Below are positions 13,325-29,935 of a DNA stretch of 64,000 bases, piece after piece. Each line of letters begins with the position of its first letter. Position 1 is the first letter of the stretch. The notes beneath the pieces were generated by a model. That model was not told the origin of the DNA. It worked only from the letters and a program-made list of their open reading frames with translations, and did no database searches. The stretch is from Octopus vulgaris. Its lineage: Eukaryota. A program made the position numbers and the translations under genes. The stretch covers positions 84,258,001-84,322,000 of the forward strand of contig OX597816.1 of the NCBI GenBank assembly GCA_951406725.2, in the 5' to 3' direction.

Positions 13325-13700
13325 AGGCGCAGGAGTGGCTGTGTGGTAAGTAGCTTGCTAACCAGCCACATGGTTCCGGGTTCAGTCCCACTGCGTGGCA
13401 TCTTGGGCAAATGCCTTCTGCTATAGCCCCGGGCCGACCAATGCCTTGTGAGTGGATTTGGTAGACGGAAACTGAAAGAAGCCTGTCGTATATATGTATA
13501 TATATGTATATGTATGTGAGTGTTTGTGTGTCTGTGTTTGTTCCCCTAGCATTGCTTGACAACCGTTGCTGGTGTGTTTACGTCCCCGTCACTTAGCGGT
13601 TCGGCAAAAAAGACCGATAGAATAAGTACTGAGCTTACAAAGAATAAGGCTTACAAAGAATAATGGCCGCAGTCAAAATGACTGAAACAAGTAAAAGAGT
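13325..13700 (+). mobile_element. SINE family B (tRNA head, CORE-like block, internal (TA)n(TG)n)
   Basis: Near full-length; A-box-like TGGCTGTGTGG, B-box-like GGTTCAGTCCC, CTTGGGCAA; tail ATGACTGAAACAAGTAAAAGA. Confidence 0.9.
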
Positions 13701-13711
13701 AATATATATAT

Positions 13712-13912
13712 ATAGTTAATCCAAACAAGAAAGCACAAAAAAACACAACAACGCGAGGACGTGGAACAAATATAGTATTATTGGACGCTCAGGAAAGAAG
13801 GAAAGAAGGAGGGTTTAACGTTTCGAGCAGAGCTCTTTGTCGGAAACATAGGAGAAAGAAAGATCCAGAGAAGGGATGACAGAGGAAAAAAAATCGCCAA
13901 CGGTACACACGA
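13712..13912 (-). mobile_element. Second copy of HHR cassette (HHR 13813-13847, core mutated to CCGACAA)
   Basis: Reverse complement of 10676-10880; flanked by (TA)n on both sides. Confidence 0.75.
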
Positions 13913-14504
13913 TATATATATATATATATACACACATGCATCTCTCTCTCTCACACACAAATACACACACGCGCGCGCGCGCGCACACACACATAAGAGT
14001 TAAGGAGTAGAGTTGATATGACCCGGACTACCTATGCTTCATAGTGAGCGGAACCTCGGAAGAGGTAAATTTCCAAGTGAGGTGTATAGCGGCGGCTACT
14101 ATTTAGGCGAAAGACATCTTGATTAAAGGAAAGTTTACATTGTCGCAAGGAGGTACATGTTAACACATGGAAAATTCAATCAGATTCTGGATCCTTGGCC
14201 TGAAGAGTAACCGGCGGGATATAACTCGTTTGGATATTTACCATTTCAGAGGTTCCGCTCGCTATGAAACATAGGCAGCCTGGATTTTATCTACTCCATT
14301 TCTTAATTCATGTATTCTTATCCGCACAGCCGGCAACCGCGGTCGCCTGCCATGAAATATAAAAATAATTTTCTTCAGAATATTACACTTCGATACGAAA
14401 AACATCCACAACGTTCCATCTCAATAAACCGCTACTGACCTGAAATTTGTTATTCATATTTACTACGGGTTGCTTAAAGCTTTCTTCCTGTGCCTCCATC
14501 CCTG

Positions 14505-16305
<1,801 letters not shown>

Positions 16306-16885
16306 GTATGGCAATGCAAACAAGAAACATAACACAAAATATGAGTATATGTACTTTTTATTAATATTTTGCAGAAGCAACAGAGTGACTCAAGGTCTGA
16401 GAGTTTAGTGAGTTGGCACTTATCAAACTACACACACACACATACACACACACACACACGCGCACGCACACACACACACACGCATATGTATAGCTTTCCA
16501 CAGATTTTTACATTTTTGATGATAGCTTCATATATTCAAACACACGCAAACTACACATACATACATACATACATACATACATACATACATACATACATAC
16601 ATACATACATACATACATACAACCATACAAACATACAAACATACATGTTAAGAGAGAGAGAGAGAAATTATTATATCCTTCTTAGGGACTCCCCAATAGC
16701 CTAATACACCTTTTGTCCTGAAAGATTTTAACAGCTATTTCTAGCATGTGGATTAGTGCATTATCTCTTCCACTTGTTCGGTATGTACGTATATGTAAAT
16801 GTATAAATGCATACAAACGCGCACACATAGTTGCGCACACAACCCCACATATATCTGTATATACATGTCACTCATTATATAGCCT

Positions 16886-16937
<52 letters not shown>

Positions 16938-17013
16938 CCTATCTATCTATCTATCTATTTATCTATCTATCTATATATCTATCTATCTAACTATCTATTT
17001 ATCTCACCCTCTC

Positions 17014-17067
<54 letters not shown>

Positions 17068-17068
<1 letters not shown>

Positions 17069-17228
17069 CTGAGTAAACACATAAATGTGAAACAAGGTGG
17101 AAAAAAGAGTACTCAAATACCAGTGGTAGAGTAATATGCTTTATTTAAAGCAGCAGAAAATTCAACAAAACCTGTTACTCTGAGTTTCACGTTCCCGTTC
17201 GTCGGACAGTTTTCTCTAGCAAAATAAA

Positions 17229-17230
<2 letters not shown>
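17068..17230 (-). mobile_element. Short cassette inside (TA)n carrying a minimal HHR (17172-17209)
   Basis: Minus strand: CTGT-CCGACGA-ACGggaaCGT-GAAAC-TCAGA-GTA-ACAG; degenerate relative at 38310-38430. Confidence 0.75.
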
Positions 17231-17287
<57 letters not shown>

Positions 17288-17485
17288 TACATATACATAA
17301 ATAATGGACACAGACCAAGCACACACACACACACACATATATATATACACACATGTATATAAATATATATATGTACATACATATATACATTGGTATATAC
17401 ATATACATGTGTGTGTGAGTGTGTGTATAAAATATAATGCATTTATATATGTACGAGTGTTTATGTGTCTAACTATACATTTACA

Positions 17486-17530
<45 letters not shown>

Positions 17531-17745
17531 TTGTATTTATTAATCATTCCTCAGACATATACATCTATCCATAAACAAATACTCGCTTGCACACACGCAC
17601 ATATTTACACAGACAGATATGCTCGTTTATACATGTAGTAGCGTTATTGTACCAAAATATGCGTACAGAAAAATGACGCGCTTAATCACATAATCTCAAT
17701 TTAAAAAAAAAAATATTTATTCACAGTTCTATATTACAATACTTA

Positions 17746-18148
17746 AGGCGGCGAGCTGGCAGACTCGTTAGCACGCTGGGCGAAATGCTTAGCGGTATTT
17801 CGTCTGCCGTTACGTTCTGAGTTCAAATTCCGCCAAGGTCGACTTTGCCTTTCATCCGTTCGAGGTCGATTAAATAAGTACCAGTTACGCACTGCTGTCG
17901 ATATAAACGACGTAATCCGTTTGTCTGTCCTTGTTTGTCCCCTCTGTGTTTAGCCCCTTGTAGGTTGTAATGAAATAGATATTTCGTCTGCCGTTACGGT
18001 CTGAGTTCAAATTCCGCTGAGGTCGACTTTGCTTTTCGTCCTTTTGGGATCGATAAGTTAAGTACCAGTTGCGCACTGGAGTTGATGTAATCGACTGGTC
18101 TCCTCCAACCTAATTTCGGACTTTGTGCCTAGAGTAACAAAGTATATT
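17746..18148 (+). mobile_element. SINE family A, full dimeric copy
   Basis: Two tandem copies of TATTTCGTCTGCCGTTACG.TCTGAGTTCAAATTCCGC...GTCGACTTTGC. Confidence 0.9.
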
Positions 18149-18290
18149 GTATTACTTGTTTATTCATTAATATTTTGTAGGGCTTAGATAAATTTATTTT
18201 TTCAAAGGAATGGCTAACTGTGACTTCGAAGTCATTATTAGTATTCCATTTTATGACTTAATATGCTCTACAAGCACACACAGATATACA

Positions 18291-18363
<73 letters not shown>

Positions 18364-18689
18364 CTATCTATGACACACCCCTAGCCCCCCCACACAAACA
18401 CACACATACACACACATATATATGTTTATACACACGCTCGCATACAGACACACATACTTAACACACACTTATATATACGTCTTTACACACGCAAGCATTA
18501 ACACACAGGTACACACACACAGGTACACACACACACACACACACACACAAGCACCTACGTGCAGGTGTATATTTACATATCCAGTTGACGTAAAGGTTCA
18601 TTAGTGGACATAGTCTCAGAGTTGTATATACTTAATTTAGTCGTTAATAGGTGGTATTGTTGGGTTTATAGATTGCACCCCTCCAATTA

Positions 18690-18742
<53 letters not shown>

Positions 18743-18791
18743 GATTATCATATATACACAAACCCATACAAATATATATATATATACATAC

Positions 18792-18858
<67 letters not shown>

Positions 18859-19183
18859 CATGTGTATGTGTGCGTGTGTGTGCACGCGCGTGTGTGAATG
18901 TGTATAGAAGTGTACATAAAAAAACAATAATCATAATAAATGATTAATTAATCAGAGGATGGATTTGGTATTGGTCTTTAATTTGCACGAAATACAGACT
19001 AAAACAAATTACGTCTTCTGGTTAATTAATCAATTATCGTTATCCTAAGTAGCACTGCGGAATTCCTGAAGTAGATGCAAAAGGAAAATACCCAAACTGC
19101 GGATGACGCCAGGTAACCCAAACCGTGCCAGTGCTTTACTCAACACATTAACACACTTCTCAGTATATAACCATTAGGCCAAG

Positions 19184-19224
<41 letters not shown>

Positions 19225-19250
19225 TGTATATATGTATGTATATATATATA

Positions 19251-19314
<64 letters not shown>

Positions 19315-19316
<2 letters not shown>

Positions 19317-19752
19317 GCGTAGGAGTGGCTGTGTGGTATGTAGCCTGCTTGCGAACCACATGGTTCCGGGTTCACCAAACTGCGTGGCATCTTGGGCAAG
19401 TGTCTTCTACTATAACCTCGGGCCGACCAAAGGCTTGAGTGGATTTGGTAGACGGAAACTGAAAGAAGCTTGTCGTATATATATGTATATATATATACGT
19501 GTGTATGTGTGTGTGTGCGTGTGTGTGTGTGTGTGTGTTTTTGTGTCTATGTTTGTCCCCCCAGCATCGCTTGAGAACCGATGCTGGTGTGTTTACGTCC
19601 CCGTAACCTAGCAATTGGGCAAAAGAGACCGAAAGCATAAGTACTAAGCTTACAAAGAATAAATCCAGGGATCGATTTCTTCGACCAAAGGCGGTGCTCC
19701 AGCATGGCCACAGTCAAATGACTGAAACAAGAAAAAGAGAGACAAAATAAAG
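19315..19752 (+). mobile_element. SINE family B, full length
   Basis: Matches the copies at 13325, 36636, 42203 and 58490; embedded in (TA)n. Confidence 0.9.
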
Positions 19753-19757
19753 AGCTA

Positions 19758-19811
<54 letters not shown>

Positions 19812-20378
19812 TATAATAGAGGTACATATATGTAAAGTTATATATAAAATAAACATACGTATATGTACCTATACTATATACCTTTCTATCTCTCTATCTA
19901 TATATATTTTTATTTATTCATTTATTTATTTTTTATCTATTTATATATTTATTTATTTATTCATTTATTCAACAACGTCTACAGAGCTATACATGATTAT
20001 ATATAGCAACAGAGGTATACTTCGATACCCCCTCTCTGGTATATACAACCTATATACAAAATTACATAAAACAATCCGATTCGTATTTAATAACATAGTA
20101 TGACATATCCTTACATAACCACGCAATACCCTGAAATATTTTCTTCATAAATATTTTTTTCTCTCGATATGCTTGATGTTTTCCCTTGTTCTGTACCTAC
20201 CCGTATCTTTTTCTCCTTCTTTCACCACCCGTATTTTCATTTCTGTCATTCACGTGTTTAGCATACAAGCCCTTCTACCCCCTTTTTTTGACATCTGCTT
20301 CCGATTGGCATCAACTTCAGAACACACACAGTCTCACATACATACGTGCATACATACATACATACATACATACATACA

Positions 20379-20410
<32 letters not shown>

Positions 20411-20564
20411 CGCAAACAAATTTGTGTACATAGAAAATACATATATCGGTAGACAATACAGATATGTGCAGTACGTATGGCGTATGTATTGGGTATTTTA
20501 TATATATATATATGACTAAGTCTGTGAGAGTTGTGAGAGAATATGCGTGTGTATGTGGGTGCGT

Positions 20565-20628
<64 letters not shown>

Positions 20629-20843
20629 TTGTGCATGTATGTATGTATATTAGTATGTATATTATGAGAACTGACGGTCGAATGCGCATGCTCAAACTTA
20701 TTTTTATTCTCACAGATTTGCATAGGCAGTCGTCTAAGTAGATTCTTTGAAATTCATATAAATACATATAACCACCAAGTTAAACATTGTTTCTATATAC
20801 ATGGCTGCATGTGTACACACACACCTCTAATCATGCTCACATT

Positions 20844-20915
<72 letters not shown>

Positions 20916-21028
20916 TATATACATATTCACGCATACATATGCTTACAAACACACACATATATATGTATTTATATATACATATACACGCATACATATACAT
21001 ACAAACATACACACACAGACACACACAC

Positions 21029-21141
<113 letters not shown>

Positions 21142-21142
21142 T

Positions 21143-21229
<87 letters not shown>

Positions 21230-21304
21230 TGGTTATACATACATACGTACATATAAGTGCACGCACTCACACACACACATATCTATGTATGTATATATAT
21301 TTTT

Positions 21305-22400
21305 AGGGTACCATACAAAATTGTCACATACTGAAAGATTATACTCTGTTTACAGACATAAATTTCAGTTTCAAAACTTGATAGATGAGACAGAATTTAA
21401 TTGTTCTAAGAACGCCTGTTTTCAAACTGTTGTTCGTTCTGTTCCAAACGGTGCTGATAACGCGATAGAATGGAATTATGTACATAAAAAGAAAACATCG
21501 TGTTCGGTATCTGTGCGCATACTCGTTCGATGGCTGCCCTCAATTTGTCGATTGTTGCCGGCTTGTATCGTAACCTTTCGTCCCCATAAAAAGTGGTGGG
21601 AGCTTCGGTGATGCCGCTGGGTAGTCTACTGAGCCAATTCTTTCAATCTAACTCTTTCTCTAGATCTCATCAAAGTAGTCCCTTTTATTAATATGTCATG
21701 ATGGAGTTACCGTACGTACTAGAAATATTACTCCAGATCTTCAAGACTGAATGTGGAATAACAGATTGTTGCAGCGATACCAGTCACAGTACCGTGGACA
21801 AAAGAATTGGCCAAGCAATTTTTTAATGACAAGTCGTACTTATTGTAGTTCCTGGTACGTTAACATGATGTTCCTCTGTAAAATGTGGATTCTCAGATCT
21901 CCCAGGAGGTGTAATTGTGACAATTATTTAAATATGATGTGGTCTCACCATTCCTAACAAGATTTGTTCGAAAGTCTTCATTTATACACATCTTGCCAAC
22001 TACATGTCGCAAAACACCATTCTCCGGTCCGGCTCATTTTAACAGAGAGCTTGGACCATTCATGGAATTTAACTTTCAATGTTCTTTAAAATGCGAAAAA
22101 CAAGAGTTTAAATTCCTATATCGCTTAGTGCAGAAACTTTCATGAAATTTAGAAATACATTTCCAGTAATGTCTTGCTCTGTGGTGCTCATTGTCGTCCG
22201 CACTCTCCCGAAAAGTTTCGTTTGGATATTTTAAGCACATTTGCGTCAAGCGTATCGCTAATTCCAGTGTTGGTCAGTTCCGTGGGTCGATCTATTTGAA
22301 TCATCCAATTAAACTACCTTTAAAATTCGTCTGATGTTGCCAAGTTACCCCAGCTCATTAAAATAAATTCTCCTTGTTCAAAACATAATCTGATTCTCAC
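21305..22400 (-). mobile_element. Highly decayed Tc1/mariner transposon (DD41D/maT-like)
   Basis: Minus-strand translation near 21500-21620 gives fragments FLWG and YKPATIDKLRAAIERVCAQIP; right boundary approximate. Confidence 0.6.
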
Positions 22401-22498
22401 CGTTATTTTTAATGTGTTAAATCTGAAAATAAAGGAAAATAAAGTTACTGCCTGTTAAAATGCGTATATATCTCTCGATAAAAACTTCTATACATACA

Positions 22499-22530
<32 letters not shown>

Positions 22531-22587
22531 CACATATATATATACATACATGCATACATATATAAATATGCATATAGATACACTCAC

Positions 22588-22639
<52 letters not shown>

Positions 22640-22703
22640 GCACACTAACACACACGGATATATTTGTGTACATATATATCTTTAAGTCTATCAATATCAA
22701 TAT

Positions 22704-22741
<38 letters not shown>

Positions 22742-23485
22742 TGTATGCTTTTGCGCATGGTGTGAATGCTCCTGAGTATATGAGATTGTGTATGCGCGTG
22801 TGTATACGTGTCTGTGTGTGGGTGTAATATCTACGATCGTGTATATATTTCTAAATAAATATAAATGCATTATTTAAAACTTTGTAGCTATAGTTTATAA
22901 AAAGATGCACCAAATTCCTGGATTTCATTTTTTTTCTCCGTCTCAGGTGAAAAAATTCAAACTAATTCTTAAAAGAATTCATTGCACTTTTTTTTTAAAT
23001 TATCATTTCATACAAGGGAGTTTTATCTAAAAATTGATCTTCTGTTATGAAATTCCGTTCTTGTGGAGGTAATGTTTCAAAAGCATTCTTTTTGCAAACA
23101 CTTCAAAACAAATTTTTTCCCCGAGTTGGATTGAACAATACTTAATTCGTTGGATACAAAGTGCTGATAGATTTGTTCTTTTCTTCACAACTTGAATAGG
23201 ATAAGACTTGAAAAGAATGAATACCCATATTAAAAACATGTCCCCTTTTCAGAAAATACTCTATGAATAAGCACTGGAATAATACCTAATTAGCAAAGGT
23301 AAAGCGCAAACCATCGAAATACATAAGCATAAATCAACACCTGGATCTGCGAGTATAAACATACAATCACAAGACCAAGTTGTAACAGTTCTTGCTTGAA
23401 GATCGCAGTGTTTCGAGACGCAAGATAGAATTTCAGTACTAATAAACTCTATACTCTACAGTTTGTCTCTACACTCACAGATAAA

Positions 23486-23525
<40 letters not shown>

Positions 23526-25005
23526 TGTTTTCATATGCACTATATAGAATTTTTACTATTCGTTCGTATACAGCTTCTATTTTAGTATTACTTGATCTCT
23601 TCAGTACGAGGTGACAAAGAATATGGCTATTAATTACAAGAAATCCTTTACTACAAAGAAAGAAATAAGAAAATATGTTGACGAAGTCAAAGCTTTTGAC
23701 TATATGTGATTGCACAAGATGCTTGAAATAGCAACCACATGTCCTCAAATTAATTCCTGCTATTATCTAAGGATACATTGGATAATGTGGTCCTAGATAT
23801 TTCAAATGAGAATATGTAATGGAAAGGTTTTCTTTATAGTTCTGAAGTATTAGGATTGAGATTGAGGTGAACAAGACCACCACCACCACCAACAACAACA
23901 ACAATAACAACACTCATCTACAGACACACAGTGTCCCTTCCAGATTTTCTCTAGACAAGAAACTAGACTGTATAGAAAAATAAGGCACACGTGTAAAAAA
24001 GTTTATAACCAAACAATCACACACGCGCAAATACAGAGTGAAGTGACACGTCAAAATATGACTAAAAAAATTGTTTAGAATAAAGAAATACTTACTAAAG
24101 GAGACGCATACGCCTTCATGTTTTGGGGTACATAGGCGCACCACAGAAGCACACAAATATATGCAGACATACATACATTACATACACACACATACATACA
24201 AGTAAGCAAACACTCACACACACACACACATCTAAATACTAGGCATATATTTTGCATATATGTGAGCGTAGGTGCACGTGTGAATTTGTGTTTGTTTCTG
24301 TTTCAGTGTTAGTGTTTATATATACGTACGTATGTGTATATATTGTGTTGATGCATGTATGTATACACAAACATATAATAATGATATATATCAAATAATG
24401 ACGAAAGAGAATATATAACTGAAAATATATCGATGTAGAAAGCAAATTAAATGGACGAATATAAGTATATGTGTCTGTGTGGGTTCATGGAAATGTATAT
24501 ATATATACATGTGTATGTATATATATATATATAGATACAGTATATATATATATGTATGTATATATATATATATATATATATATACATGTGTATGTATATA
24601 TATATATATAGATACAGTATATATATATATGTATGTATATATAGATGTGTGTGTGTATATATATATAAACAAAATATCATAATGAAATTACCAGCAAAAT
24701 AAATAAATATGCAAGAAGCAAAATAACTGGGAAAGATTATGAATAAATAAAGTAAATATAACAATAGGTATATAAAATACAGACAGAAATTAAATGAAAA
24801 CAAGATAAAGAAGCGATAAAAATAAAATAAAATCTCGTAATAAAACAGTTTACAGCAAAACGTCTTATAACAAGAAAAGAAATTACATTTGTTTACTGAA
24901 AACCAAATATAAAAAGAAATGACACAACTGTGTGAGTGTGTATACATACATATATATACATATACACACATATATATATATGTAAGATGTGTATATGTTT
25001 GTGTA

Positions 25006-25046
<41 letters not shown>

Positions 25047-25211
25047 ATATGTGTATACATACACATATATGTATTATATATATACATACACACACACACA
25101 CATATATATGGTAATATATATATATGTATATATATATACATATACATATATGTATACGTATATATATATGGAAATATATTTATATATGTATAAGTATATA
25201 TATATGTATAA

Positions 25212-25244
<33 letters not shown>

Positions 25245-25515
25245 AATATATATATATATGTGCATGTATATACATACATACATAGGTGTAGACGTATTTA
25301 TGTACATATATGTATATATGTATATACATACACGTTACCAAAAGACATGCATATGGGAGGAAGACAGAATGGGTGGGGGTATGTCTGTGAGGGTGTGTGG
25401 GAGTGACTGTATATGCGAGCGTGTAAGAGCGTGTGTGAGCATCTAAGTGCGTGCGTATGTGTATGTATTTGTGAGTGCATGTGTGTGTGCGTGCGTATGT
25501 GTGTGTGTATGTGTG

Positions 25516-25549
<34 letters not shown>

Positions 25550-25847
25550 CGCGTGTGCATTCTTTGCGTCTGCGAAGGCAACAAATATCTGGGTGGCAAA
25601 CACGATGTTTGGTCTTCAACAAAATGTCGGCGATTTCACACACGATTGACTGCACGTCAGTCACACACTTTTTTCTTTTTCTTCTGTTCGCAAAGTCTCC
25701 TGCAAACTATTCAACCGCTCCCAAGCTCTTTATCTACTTATTTTGCGCAATAACACGCACACCACCCCCATACATTGACACAAATACACGACACATATCC
25801 CTAAACTGGAATATATACATTTATATATAAAGGTAGACAGATATATG

Positions 25848-25908
<61 letters not shown>

Positions 25909-26290
25909 GTATATGTACTAATATGTACATATATGTTATATGTGTGTAGACATCCAGGCATGCGAACATATTTTATTAGGTTAATTGGTTAGACATTTCC
26001 TTTTGGTTTTTGTTTTTGATTTGACTAATTTGAAACATGCTACAGTCGTTTACCCTGAAATGGAATTAGTTCAATAACCATGTGCCATAATATAGTATAC
26101 AGCACAATCTACAATTTATAATAATGAATACCATAGTAGGTAATAGTCTTACTTCTTGTTTTAACGAACACACACATCTATATAAATACGACGGGCTTCT
26201 TTTAGTTGCTCTCTACCAAATCCACTCATAAGCTACCCCTGTACCTGTATATATATATATATGTATGTATGTATATATATATATATATAT

Positions 26291-26343
<53 letters not shown>

Positions 26344-28274
26344 TATATATATATATATATAGATAGATAGATATAAATGCATATATGTATATATGTATGT
26401 ATATCTGTATTTATGTATGTATGTTTGTATGTAGGCATGCATGTATAAACACGAAAGTATAGCACATTGGAATGAATGATGGATAACATCACATTTTCAA
26501 TGTGACCGAAACCAAAATTTCACAATTTCACAATTCTGGAAGTGAATCACCAGATAATTGTGAAAACCACCGCTATATGAAACAATTGGTAGTACTGTTG
26601 AGAAACATAAAATGCAATCATATTCAATTAAAAATGAAAGAAAAGAAAAACTGAAAAATCAATGATTATTTCATTAGTCAATCTTCTTTAAGATAAGGTC
26701 TTTGACGTCGAATAAAAATTATTATCATGCCATTTAAAAATATTCGTTTCTATACATGGGCGGGATTTCTGATATTCAGAATTTGTCAAATACACAAGCA
26801 AATAGCCATACATATGTAGATGCATTATTGAATGCGTACATAGAACTGTTTAAGTATGTATGTACATACACATACATAAATGTATATCATTGTTTTATTT
26901 CAAGATTGGTCCCAATAGGAACCTCTTTCTAACCAAGATCCAAGGCTCCTTCATAGCACCATGTATGTATGTATGTATGTATGTATGTATGTATGTATGT
27001 ATGTATGTATGTATGTATGTATGAATGTATGTATGTATGTATGTATGAATGTGTATGTATATAATGAATACTCACACTTACAAACACATACACACACAAA
27101 CATACACGCACACATACACACTACTTTAGCTTTCCTACTAAGATAGAGTAATAAAAAATGAATTTGCATAGCGTGTCGTGCACAATCACTCAACGTAAAA
27201 TGATCGATAATCTGTGAGATAATGCGAGAAAAGACGAGAAAAATCCATTAATGCTGAGTGATTACATCACAAAATTGTATGATGAAAGCACGAAAGGGTG
27301 TTAAACTCTGTGTGTAATACATTGTGGGGTGGTTTCTAATTCCATAATTGAAACTTTTGTGAAACATATAGTGAAATTTTCTAGCCTCAATTTTAGAGTT
27401 CAGTACATTTTTTCAAACAAATAAAGACGTGTGTTCTTTCAGCTATAAATAGCATTCAATTTTTTGATCCATTGATGTATGGCCTACATCGCTCTATGAT
27501 GCTCTAGTTGATGGTGTCTGGTATATCAGATTCTAGATATACCTTTCTAGCTTTGTTTTCTTTATGTCTTCGTGCTTGAAAGGTGACTGGTGGTTAGTGT
27601 ATCTTATTTTGAAGTCACCTTCGCATATATTTCGTTATATTTTTTCTTTCAATTCACTTATATGGTGAAAGAGAGGTGACCTTGGCTTTGAGATCTCTGA
27701 TGAATCCTACATATTTTGTCTCGCAACACTGCATATCCTGCCTAATATGTGCGGTAAGCTACACAAGCCCATCTACTAACTATACACTCCGTACCTGTAA
27801 CTTGAAGGTAGCTCAGGTATGACTCCTCTCTTCATTAATTGATGATTGTCTTTCAATGGATTCTCGTTTTTGTATTTATTTCGAACCTACCAAGTGATAA
27901 ATACGCACATAAACATAGGTACGCTCTTTCTCTCTCTCACACACACACACACACTCGCACGCACACACACATAAATATACATCCTGGTAAGAATAAATTT
28001 TGAAAATAGAAAAATTCAAAGGATTGCTTTGGTCTAATGGCAGAAAGCCTGTCATATCTATTGAAGACGTGGGTTGAAGCTCCACGGATAACCTTCGACA
28101 CTTTCTATCGAAAAGATTTTAAAATCAATATTTACACGCTACTAATTAATGCTTTAATTGATTCGATATTGAATGTTTCAACGCATTTTTTAGATTCTGG
28201 AAATATCTAAATTCTTACGACGTCAACAATGTATGTATGTACATATGTATGTATGTATGTGTGTATTTATGTAC

Positions 28275-28305
<31 letters not shown>

Positions 28306-28359
28306 TGTATGTATGTATGTATGCATGTATGTATGTATGTATGTATGTATGTATGTATG

Positions 28360-28429
<70 letters not shown>

Positions 28430-28646
28430 AAGGGACACTAAATAGTTCCTGGCTTTAAGAGTATCGAGACAGGTCTCGTTGAAGACCTAACAGTCCGAGT
28501 TCCTTTACGGGGCTCAGAAAAACTGAAGGATCGCTGCAATGTATTTGAATCTGAAAGGAGAATATGTTGAATAACATCATAATTAACCGATCCTGCTCTA
28601 TTTTCTTTTACCCACCGAAAACTAGAAACTTTTGAGGACCACTCGC
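28430..28646 (+). mobile_element. mariner-derived MITE (internal deletion derivative)
   Basis: Imperfect TIRs (AAATAGTTCCTGGCTTT / AAAACTAGAAACTTTT); remnant of a mariner C-terminus ending GEYVE*. Confidence 0.6.
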
Positions 28647-28688
<42 letters not shown>

Positions 28689-28860
28689 TGCAGCATTCTG
28701 TTAATAGGGAAACTTCAATGAATCATATTGATTCATTGAAATTCAAAAGGCATACATACATTCATGCATACACACGTACATACAAACTTCTTCTTGAAAC
28801 CCTGAAAGTGTGTACATACTTTTATATTTACATATAAAAGTTTGTGTGTGACTATGTGCA

Positions 28861-28892
<32 letters not shown>

Positions 28893-29529
28893 TGTGAGTA
28901 GGAACATTTCTGTATCTAAATCTGAGTTTCAACGTAACTAGTACTTGTATGAATGTGTTAATACATAAAAACGTAGTTTGACAATGTGTATGTCTATATA
29001 GGTTTGCATCGAGTTTCTTTTCACCGAAAAGCGCTCGCTCCCTTTTCCTCGCTTCCACTCCTCTCTCTCTACCACAATATATATATATATAATATATGTA
29101 TGTATAGACATATATATATGTACATATAAATAAATATATATATAACAATAAATATGTATTTGCGTACATATATGTGTGCGTGTGAATGTGTGAACACAAT
29201 ACGCTGGCATTAAGAGTCACACCCTTATTAATAGACGTAAATTTTGATCAAAGTCAGAGATATTCGAAGCTTTATAAACACATTTCGTTTTATTTTTATG
29301 TCATATTGATGTTGTTACGCAACGGTAGGGATATTATATAACATTCATATGTGTATGCCAAAGTGGCATACACATATATGCTGGCACATACGAACAAATA
29401 ATCATCTGTCTGTATATAATACTACGCAGAAACTCATTTACACACACATACTCAAACAAACTCACACACACACATGTATGTGTGTATGTACATATATATA
29501 CATGTATATGTGTTTGTATACATACTTTC

Positions 29530-29705
29530 TTTTACTTGTTTCATTCTTATGACTGCGGCCATGCTGGAGTACCACCTCAAAGGGTTTTAGTCGAAGAAAT
29601 CGACCTCAGGGCTTATTTTCTGAAAGCCTAGTACTAATTTCATCGGTCTCTTTTGCCGAACCGCTAGTTTACGGGAACATGAACACACAAGCATCGGTTG
29701 TCAAG
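29530..29705 (-). mobile_element. SINE family B 3' half
   Basis: Reverse complement of CGGTTCGGCAAAAGAGACCGAT...CTCCAGCATGGCCGCAGTCA. Confidence 0.75.
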
Positions 29706-29935
29706 TGATGGTGGTGGAGGAAAGGGGAAAGCAGTCACACAAGCGCGCGCACACACACGAAATTGGTAGGCTAATTGTGTCACTTGACTTATTCGAGGAA
29801 TCTGCGAGTGAGCCGTCCTTGATTTTTTCCTGTTCGTCTTCGCTTAGTCTATCTGTCCGGATGTTTTATTGTCGTCTGTTGCACTCTTGTTCCAATTTTT
29901 AGATTTATATATATATATATATATATATATACATG

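Noticed and set aside
25640-25668. CTGACGT...GAAA on the minus strand with a small hairpin
   Set aside because: Core A9 missing and no stem I or NUH; not an HHR.
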